The notes under the pieces were generated by a model that was not told the origin of the DNA, did no database searches, and saw nothing but the letters and a program-made list of their open reading frames with translations. A program made the position numbers and the translations under genes. This document shows, piece by piece, positions 1 to 7,800 of a stretch of 9,161 bases of DNA. The first letter of the stretch is position 1. The number at the start of each line of letters is the position of its first letter. This stretch comes from Perkinsela sp. CCAP 1560/9 (Eukaryota > Protista > Euglenozoa: Kinetoplastea): NCBI GenBank assembly GCA_965644495.1, contig CBFFSA010000095.1:1-9161 (forward strand), written 5' to 3'.

Positions 1-3000
1 GTCATCAACAAGAACGGTTTGGGTTCGGATGTTTTGGTTGCTGACTGCACCGAATTTGGTGGGCTTGGGTGCTGGAGGAAGAGAAGGCGAGAGGGAAGAT
101 GTGGGAGAAGGAGAAGGAGAGAGGGAGGAGGAGGAGGAGGAGGAGGGGGAAGGGGAAGGGGAGGGGGAGGGAGAGGAGGATGGAGAAGAGAGAGGAACAG
201 AAGAAGCAATGAGAGCATTATCTTCCCGTTGTTTCCTCAACACAGCAAACTCAGAAGACTTGGAAGGAAAAAAAGAAGCCTCAAGAATAGACCCATTTAC
301 AGCGACATTTGGTTCAGCCCCTTTAGTACCATCAGAAACAAAGGTAAAGCAACGGTCATTGACCAGGGGCCTCTCGATAGGGAAACTTCCCTTTTGGTTC
401 AATCGGAAACGTCCAACCATCTGGCCATCGATGTGCAACTCACAATCAGACCAGCCTTCATTGACCTTATTTGCAAGAGCAACAGAAAATTGAGAAAGAT
501 CTTCCATGACAAAGATCCCGTCAAGGCCTTCCTCTTTCTCAGGGTTTGGAGATTCCAACATCTTTCCACCAACAACATTAAGAGCAAACAAATTTTTCGA
601 AACACCTTCGTGAGGGAAAAGGACAGACAAGATCATCTGAACCACCGCGGTATGCTTCAAGAAGGTGACAAAATCAGTGAAAAGAAGGCCCAACAACTCG
701 CACGATAAGAAGAAGTAGTGTGAAATGGCAGAAGAGAGAGATCGAAGCTTATCGTGGGTTGGGGAAATAACATAAGTCAAAACATTTCTCCAGATGGACT
801 TGAAACATGAAGAGAGAGCGTTGGTGATGTAATTGGATACGGAGACAATGTTTTTCCAAACGAAGTTGAAGAAAGAAGAAAAAGTGTTTGAGATAGATTT
901 GTAGAGAGAGACAACATTCTTCCAGACGAAGTTGCAGCAAGTAGAAATTGTGTTGGTGGTTGATTTGGAGACAGAGACAACATTCTTCCAGATAAAGTTG
1001 CAGCAAGTAGAGATTGTAGTGGCGATAGACTTGTAGACAGCGACAATGTTTTTCCAAACGAAGTTGAAGAAAGAAGAAAAAGTGTTTGAGATAGATTTGT
1101 AGACAGAGACAACGTTCTTCCAAACAAAGTTACAGCACGAAGAGATTGTAGTGGCGATAGACTTGTAAACAGAGACGACATTCTTCCAGATGAAGTTAGA
1201 AAAAGAGGAGAGAGAGTTGGTGGTCGATTTGTAGACAGAGACAATGTTCTTCCAGATGAAGTTGAAGAAAGAGGAGGTAGTTTTGACGACAGATTTGTAG
1301 ACAGAGACAATGTTCTTCCAGATGAAGTTGAAGAAAGAAGAGATAGAGTTGGTGATAGACTTGTAGACAGAGACAGTGTTCTTCCAGACAAAGGTACAAC
1401 ATGAAGAGATTGTGCGAGTGGTGGATTTGTAAGCAGAAATGATGGTCCTACGAAGGAAGTTGTAGCAAGAAGAGATTGCATTGGAGATAGACTTGCAGAT
1501 AGAGATAACATTCTTCCAGATGAAGTTGAAGAAAGAGGAGACAGAGTTGGTGATAGACTTGTAGACAGAAATGACATTCTTCCAGATGAAGTTGAAGAAA
1601 GAAGAGATAGAGTTGGTGGTCGATTTGTAAACAGAAACTACATTCTTCCAGATAAAATTATTGCACGAAGAGATTGTGCGAGCGATGGATTTGTAAGCAG
1701 AAATAATGTTCCGACGAAGGAAGTTGTAGCAAGAAGAGATGAGAGTGGTGACTGATTTGTAAACAGAGACAACATTCTTTCGGATGAAGTTGAAGAAAGA
1801 AGAGATAGAGTTGGCGGTTGATTTGTAGACAGAGACGACATTCTTCCAGATGAAGTTGAAGAAAGAAGAGATTGTGTTGGTGATAGACTTGTAAACAGAG
1901 ATAACATTCTTTCGAATGAATTTGTAGCACGAAGTAATGGCGTTAGTGATAGACTTGTAGATAGAGACAGTGTTCTTCCAGATGAAGTTGAAGAAAGAAG
2001 AGATAGAGTTGGCGGTTGATTTGGAGACAGAAACAACGTTCTTCCAGACGAAGTTGAAGAAAGAAGAGATCGAGTTGGTGGTCGATTTGTAGACAGAGAC
2101 AACGTTCTTCCAGATAAAGTTGCAACAAGTAGAGATTGTGTTGGTGATTGATTTGTAGACAGAGACAACGTTCTTCCAGATGAAGTTGAAGAAAGAAGAA
2201 ATCGAGTTGGCGGTTGATTTGGAGACAGAAACAACATTCTTCCAGATGAAGTTGAAGAAAGAAGAGATTGAGTTGGTGGTTGATTTGTAGACAGAGACAA
2301 TGTTCTTCCAGACAAAGTTGCAACAAGTAGAGATTGTGTTGGTGATTGATTTGTAGACAGAGACAATGTTTTTCCAAACGAAGTTGAAGAAAGAAGAGAC
2401 AGAGTTGGTAACAGACTTGGAGATAGAGACAACGTTCTTCCAGACGAAGTTGAAGAAAGAGGAGATAGAGTTGGCGGTTGATTTGTAGACAGAGACAACG
2501 TTCTTCCAGATGAAGTTGAAAAAAGAGGAGATAGAGTTGGTGGTCGATTTGTAGACAGAGACAACGTTCTTCCAGATGAAGTTACAGCAAGTAGAGATTG
2601 TGTTGGTGATTGATTTGTAGACAGAGACAATGTTTTTCCAAACGAAGTTGAAGAAAGAGGAGATAGAGTTGGCGGTTGATTTGTAGACAGAAACAATGTT
2701 CTTCCAGATAAAGTTGAAGAAAGAGGAGATAGAGTTGGCGGTTGATTTGTAGACAGAGACAACATTCTTCCAGATGAAGTTGAAGAAAGAAGAGACAGAG
2801 CTGGAGATAGACTTATAAACAGAGACAACATTCTTCCAGATAAAGTTGCAACAAGTAGAGATTGTGTTGGTGATTGATTTGTAGACAGAGACAATGTTCT
2901 TCCAGATAAAGTTGCAACATGAAGAAATTGTGTTGGTAATAGATTTGTAGACAGAGACAATGTTTTTCCAAACAAAGTTGCAGCAAGTAGAGATTGTGTT

Positions 3001-4280
3001 GGTGACTGATTTGTAGATGGAAACAACATTTCTCCAAATGAAGTTGAAGAAAGAAGAGACAGAGTTGGTGATAGACTTGTAAACAGAAACAACGTTCTTC
3101 CAGATAAAGTTGGAGCAAGTAGAAAAAGTGTTGGTGAAAGACTTGTAGATAGAAACAACGTTTTTCCAGATAAAATTAAAACAAGAAGAGGACGTATTTG
3201 TGACGAACTTGGAGAAGGAAGCAACATTTCTCCAAATAAAATTGAAACACAAACTCAAACGACCCCAAACAGGGCGAAAAAGGTAAGAAGAGAGAACCTC
3301 CCAAACAGAATTGCAAACGGATCCAATTCGTCGTGAAACAGAATTGAAAAAAGAGCAACATGAAAGCCAAAAAGAATTAAAATAACTTGAAACTCCATCG
3401 AGAATGAAAGCGGCAGCAGATCTCAGAGTTTCATAACGAGCCATAAATGAATTTAACACAATCGTGTACACAAGAGTGAGAAACGCAGCAAGACGAGAAG
3501 AAAAAGAGGTGGCTTGCACAACACCAATCATAGCTTTTGGCTTTTGGATCTTCTTCTTCTTCTTCTTCTTCTTGAGGCGTTTTGGTTCGAAAATTGGAAC
3601 CTCTTCTTCTCCTCCAAAAAGACTTGTGGGAGCATCATCATCATCAAAACATTCCTCTTCTTCGAAACCAGAAGGGACACAAGGTTCTTCTTGTTTGGGA
3701 GCTTGTTTTTTCAAATGAAGAATGACCATCAATTGAGCCTCTTTAACAATCCCCTCTTCTCTAACAGTCGCATAATCATTGTCGAGCTGCCTTCCCTTGT
3801 AGATGATGCGTTGTTGAGAAACAGGAAAAGCAAACTTATCATAAAGCTTCTTTTTGATCTCGAGAATTTGATCAGAATCGCTGACATGAAGAGAGAATCC
3901 CATTCCTGTCAAAGTTTTGATAAAGATATCAAAAGAGGTGTTGAGCAAGATTGCGTGGACAATCGCCTCCTTGTAAAGACCTGCTTGTTCCACAGTAACA
4001 TCCCCTTGAAAAAAAAAAAAAGAGAACATTTTAGATTTCATTCCACCACACCCCCACAACCAATCTCCACACCCACAATCACAAGAAAAAAAGAAAATCT
4101 TTTTTTTGAACCTGTTAATTTTTTGCCACGAAAAATGAGACTCAAAGAATTTTGAGGCACCTCTGCAATCCCTTCCACACGATACGCAACTGTTTGGAGT
4201 TTATCCTCTGGACTCACAAACAAATGCACAGTCTTTCCGGTCTTAAACTTAAAAAAAATAGGCCATTTGGCGCCCTTCAT
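1..4280 (-). CDS. Spliced, 3'-partial gene (exon 1 4280-4112, exon 2 4004-<1; >1391 aa): tandem ubiquitin-like domain protein with a giant 22-mer amphipathic helical repeat and a C-terminal beta-rich domain
   Basis: ATG at 4280 in AAAATG context with an in-frame TGA just upstream. Exon 1 reads MKGAKWPIFFKFKTGKTVHLFVSPEDKLQTVAYRVEGIAEVPQNSLSLIFRGKKLT(G); removing 4111-4005 joins it to (G)DVTVEQAGLYKEAIVHAILL, completing a Ubl fold. The frame then stays open 4004 nt to base 1 (no TTA/CTA/TCA seen in plus frame 1), ending ...PTKFGAVSNQNIRTQTVLVDD. Differences among repeat copies are mostly synonymous in this frame. Missing from the ORF track because there is no stop in the window. Confidence 0.9.
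61..195 (-). repeat. Low-complexity Ser/Pro linker (purine-rich GGA/GGAAGG runs on the plus strand)
   Basis: Encodes ...SSPSSSPSPSPSPSPSSSSSSSLSPSPSPTSSLSPSLPPAPKP in the left gene's frame. Confidence 0.8.
247..600 (-). other. Uncharacterised beta-rich globular domain in the C-terminal part of the left protein
   Basis: Complex, non-repetitive sequence: LFALNVVGG...GIFVMEDLSQFSVALANKVNEGWSDCELHIDGQMVGRFRLNQKGSFPIERPLVNDRCFTFVSDGTKGAEPNVAVNGSILEASFFPSK, with alternating hydrophobic strands and Gly turns. Confidence 0.65.
781..3249 (-). repeat. Coding tandem repeat, 66-bp unit, ~38 copies, no indels; 22-aa unit WKN(V/I)VSVYKS(I/T)TN(S/T)IS(SFF/TCC)NF(I/V)
   Basis: The Trp codon (cca on the plus strand) recurs at exactly 66-nt intervals: 790, 856, 922 ... 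3166, 3232 (38 positions; replaced by Arg at 1450, 1714, 1780, 1912). Confidence 0.97.
3550..3573 (-). repeat. (AAG)8 microsatellite encoding Lys8 within PKRLKKKKKKKKIQKPK (polybasic / NLS-like)
   Basis: (ctt)8 on the plus strand, in frame with the left CDS. Confidence 0.85.
3712..3933 (-). other. Ubiquitin-like domain 2
   Basis: FDIFIKTLTGMGFSLHVSDSDQILEIKKKLYDKFAFPVSQQRIIYKGRQLDNDYATVREEGIVKEAQLMVILHL: ubiquitin hallmarks IFxKTLTG, PxxQQRxIxxGxQL and IxKE; followed by KKQ rather than RGG. Confidence 0.92.
3943..4265 (-). other. Ubiquitin-like domain 1 (split by the intron)
   Basis: WPIFFKFKTGKTVHLFVSPEDKLQTV...VPQNSLSLIFRGKKLTGDVTVEQAGLYKEAIVHAILL aligns by eye with ubiquitin [26 protein letters not shown]...[36 protein letters not shown]; no terminal GG. 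Confidence 0.88.
4005..4111 (-). other. Spliceosomal intron, 107 nt, phase 1
   Basis: Minus strand: ACAG|GTTCAA ... G/T-rich body ... CTAAA branch-like motif ... long poly-T tract ... TTCAAG|GGGAT. Removal restores the frame and the Ubl1 alignment; unspliced read-through stops at 4038. Confidence 0.88.
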
Positions 4281-4831
4281 TTTTCAAAAAAGAAAAAGGT
4301 AAACAACAAAATCGTCCCATCGAAAAGAAACAGCGAGAAAGATTCAGCATTCCTTTCTGCAGTGAAAAATGTCTCACTTTCAAGTGGAATCACTGAATTC
4401 CCCAAAATCATTTTGACAGTTTGAAGAACTTTCAAATTTTGTGAGGGGTCTTTTCACTTCGGAAAAAAAATTAAAAACACCCGAGAAAAATTATAGGCGA
4501 AAACAACACGAAATGAAAAATAAGTGAGAAAATTAAAAATGAACCAAAAAAAGTTTATCTCGCTGTCGAAAAATTCCACAAAATGTCGCAAGTAGCGCCT
4601 TTTTTATCATCAATTAGAAAGGAATTATAATACAACATCTTTTCAAAAAGACCGTCGATTTTTGGGAGTTCAAAATTGTGACCGTTACGGTTTTATCATT
4701 CCATTGCTCGTTGGGTTTTGTCGTCTGGGGGTTTGTTGGGTGTGTTGTTTTGTGGTTTGTTGTTTTGTGGTTTTTTTTTTTTGTTGCTTGTTTTGGTTGT
4801 TTTTTGAAAGGAACCTTTTCTTTTGAAGAGA
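4281..4831. promoter_or_regulatory. Shared upstream region (probable bidirectional promoter plus 5' UTRs) between head-to-head genes
   Basis: 551 nt between divergent ATGs (4280 minus, 4832 plus); AT-rich; strand skew flips from A-rich to T/G-rich around 4620-4690; seven TTTGAA/TTCAAA hexamers and an ACCGT-T-ACGGT palindrome at 4681-4691. Confidence 0.7.
4710..4810 (+). other. Candidate 5'-UTR intron of the right gene (~101 nt)
   Basis: Begins GTTGGG, almost purely G/T, ends TTTTTGAAAG 21 nt before ATG 4832; size, composition and AAG acceptor resemble the intron at 4005-4111. The donor position is a guess (several GTs available) and no clear branch motif was seen. Confidence 0.4.
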
Positions 4832-7800
4832 ATGGCGGAATCACAGCAGCAACTTTGGTTTGTTGAGATGGCTGATTTCGAGACAGATGACGACGAGGAA
4901 GATGAGGATGAAGAAGATGAAGTTTTTTTTGGAGATATTACTGAACGAGAAATGATTGCGAGTCTCAGATTTTCGAAAGATCTGTCTCATGGTATTGAAA
5001 GAGAAAAAGATGAAAAGTTAATAGAAGAGAAGATCCAAGAAAAGAAACCTCAAGAAAAATTTGAGGAGAAAACTGAAGACAAAACCGAAGAGAAAGTCGA
5101 AGTCAGCAACACCGAAAAGAAAGTTGAAGAACAAAAAGAGTACGATGAAGAAAGCTCTGATGAAGAAACTGAAGTTTTCTTTTGTCAGCAAATTCTCTCT
5201 TCCTCTCTCTCTGTCGAACAACCCCTCTCAAATAGCGAAAACATCTCTCCCAATCTCTCACTTCCTCTTTCAACCCCTGAAAAGGAGAGAAACAATTTCC
5301 AAGCAAGAGATGATTGGTCAAGACCTGCCAACACAGAATCTATTTCTTCTGTTTCTCTTCCTCTGTCAAACAAAAGTGATTCAGAAATAGAAGAGATCAG
5401 TCAAGAAAGCGAGGAGAAAGGAGAAAAAACAATTGATTTGCTTCTTAATATGTTTGGAGAGAAGAAAAAAATATCCTCTGACGTCTCAATGAGTGATATT
5501 TCTTCTCCTTCTGATGATACTGAGATCTCTGAAGTTTCTCTTTCTTCTCAAAAATCTGATGTTCCTTCTGATATCCCCTCTAATGTCAATGTTCTTTCTG
5601 ATGTTTCTCCTTCCTCTGATGTATTTGTTTCTTCTCCTTCTGATGATACTGACATGGCCGATGTCGCTTCTTCTATTTTGACGACTCTCTCTCCTTTTCC
5701 TTCTCCCTCTAATTTTCCTGAGGTCACCGCTGTCGCTGATGTCTCGAATGTTTCTAATCTCTCTTCTATTGGCATTCCCTCTGCGAAGGTCGATGATATC
5801 GTTAGTTTCTCTTCTCCTGAGGAGGTTGTTTCTATTCCCTCAGTCCCTTCCGATATTTGTGGTTCTTTATGTGAGCCCACCCTGAATGATCACAGCGATT
5901 TTGAGAACGAAGCTACTTTTGATGATGTTGGTGTGGTTCCCAGTGTCGATATCGTACAAGATTTTGTTCAAGAAGTTGGTGTTGATGTTGCACAAGACGA
6001 TGATGACGACGATGATGATGATGAGGAGATCTTTGATGTGTCTTTTTGTGTCGAGGGGATCGAGGAAGGAGAGAAGAATCAAGAGAAAGAAGAGATGATT
6101 GAGATTGCCGATGTGAGCACCCAAAAAGAGGAAGAGAAAAAGGGAAGAGACGAAGGGGAAGGGGAGAAAGAGAAAGTTGCACAAGAGATTGAGCTCAAGG
6201 AAGTAGAAGGAGACAAAGAGGAGAAAGTTGAAGAAGCGGAAGAAGTAAAAGAAGTAGTCGGGGCAGGGGGAAGAGACGTAGAAGCAGCAGAGAAATCCAA
6301 ACAAGAAAATAGAAATACAAGAGAAATGGAGAGTGAAGAGGAAGAGAGAGAGAGTGATGATGAGAGCGATGATGAGAGTGATGATGAGATTGACGATGAG
6401 ATTGAGTTTATTTGTGGGAATGAACAAAATGATAATGGGGAGAGTGAACAGGGAGAAGTTGACGCTGACAAAGAAGAGGAGAAGAAGGAAAAGATAGAAA
6501 AGGAAGAGAAAGAAACCAAAGAAAATCGTAATGAAAAAGGACAAGAAAAAGAAGAGAGAAAAGAGGAAAAGAGAAAACAAGAAGAGAAAGAGATAAAAGA
6601 AGAAGAGGTAGAAAAAGAAGAAGAGAAGGAGAAATTGAAAGTTGATGATGATCACCACCACACTCTTCTTGACAATCTCCCTGTCCAACTTGATGGCCAA
6701 ATCGATTCTCTCTCCAATCTCGAGGTTCAACTCGACGACAAAACTCGTGACACTGAGTGTGATCTTGATATTAAACTTGATGACACAACTTCTGACAATC
6801 TTGATGACCAACTTGATGGTGATGAGAGCTCCCACACTGAAATTGATTCTCTTGACGACCTCGATGTTCCACTTGGTGACAAAACTCTTGACACTGAGCG
6901 CGATCTTGATATTCAACTTGATGGCAAAACTTCTGACAATCTTGATGACCAACTTGATGGTGACGAGGGCTTTCACACTGAAATTGATTCTCTTGACGAT
7001 CTTGATGTTCAACTTGATGACAAAACTCTTGACACTGAGCGCGATCTTGATATTAAACTTGATGACACAACTTCTGACAATCTTGATGACCAACTTGATG
7101 GTGACGAGAGCTTTCACACTGAAATTGATTCTCTTGACGATCTCGATGTTCAACTTGACGACAAAACTCGTGACACTGATCTTGATATTAAACTTGATGA
7201 CACAACTTCTGACAATCTTGATGACCAACTTGACGGTGACGAGAGCTTTCACGCTGAAATCGATTCTCTTGACGATCTCGATGTTCAACTTGATGACAAA
7301 ACTCTTGACCCTGAATGTGATCTTGATATTTCTGGCAATCTTGATGACCAACTTGACGGTGACGAGAGCTTTCACACTGAAATCGATTCTCTTGACGATC
7401 TCGATGTTCAACTTGATGACAAAACTCGTGACCCTGAATGTGATCTTAATATTCAACTTGATGGCAAAACTTCTGACAATCTTGATGACAAAACTCTTGA
7501 CCCTGAATGTGATCTTGATATTTCTGGCAATCTTGATGACCAACTTGATGGTGACGAGAGCTCCCTCACTGAAATCGATTCTCTTGACGATCTTGATGTT
7601 CAACTTGATGACAAAACTCTTGACACTGAGCGCGATCTTGATATTCAACTTGATGGCAAAGCTTCTGGCAATCTTGATGACCAACTTGATGGTGACGAGA
7701 GCTTCCATACCGAAATCGGTTCTCTTGACGATCTCGATGTTCATCTTGATGACAAAACTCTTGGCACTGAGTGTGATCTTGACATTCAACTAGACGACAA

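Noticed and set aside
19-708. Plus-strand ORFs 19-708 (Gly/Arg-rich) and 29-493 (Glu/Gly-rich)
   Set aside because: Antisense to the left gene; the GR and EG runs mirror its Ser/Pro linker.
749-3227. Listed minus-strand ORFs in the other two frames (Ser/Leu/Thr-rich 529 aa and 266 aa; CLCLQ-type ORFs)
   Set aside because: Off-frame shadows of the repeat: interrupted by stops, and unit-to-unit variation is non-synonymous in those frames.
781-3249. Plus-strand reading DEVEERRDRVGG*FVDRDNVLP with TGA alternating with CGA/AGA, suggesting stop-codon recoding
   Set aside because: TGA/CGA/AGA are the reverse complements of synonymous Ser codons TCA/TCG/TCT in the fully open minus-strand frame; no recoding is needed.
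781-3249. CRISPR array or non-coding satellite
   Set aside because: Contiguous degenerate 66-bp units with no unique spacers, codon-structured variation and no cas genes.
763-3310. Prophage tape-measure gene
   Set aside because: The Trp/aromatic periodicity is similar, but the gene has a spliceosomal intron and Ubl domains, lacks the Ala/Gly richness typical of tape-measure proteins, and has no phage neighbours; analogy only.
4009-4021. Poly-A tail of a retroelement
   Set aside because: It is the intron's polypyrimidine tract on the minus strand; no target-site duplication or transposon ORF.
3712-4280. Polyubiquitin, NEDD8, ISG15 or FAT10-type modifier
   Set aside because: The domains are highly diverged from ubiquitin and from each other, lack the C-terminal GG, and are fused to >1200 further residues.
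4038-4280. Stand-alone 80-aa ORF from the track
   Set aside because: It is exon 1 reading into the intron; the Ubl fold is completed only after splicing.
3464-4424. Plus-strand ORFs 3464-3718, 3514-4155 and 4152-4424
   Set aside because: Antisense shadows of the Ubl-coding exons; non-ATG starts and no recognisable features.
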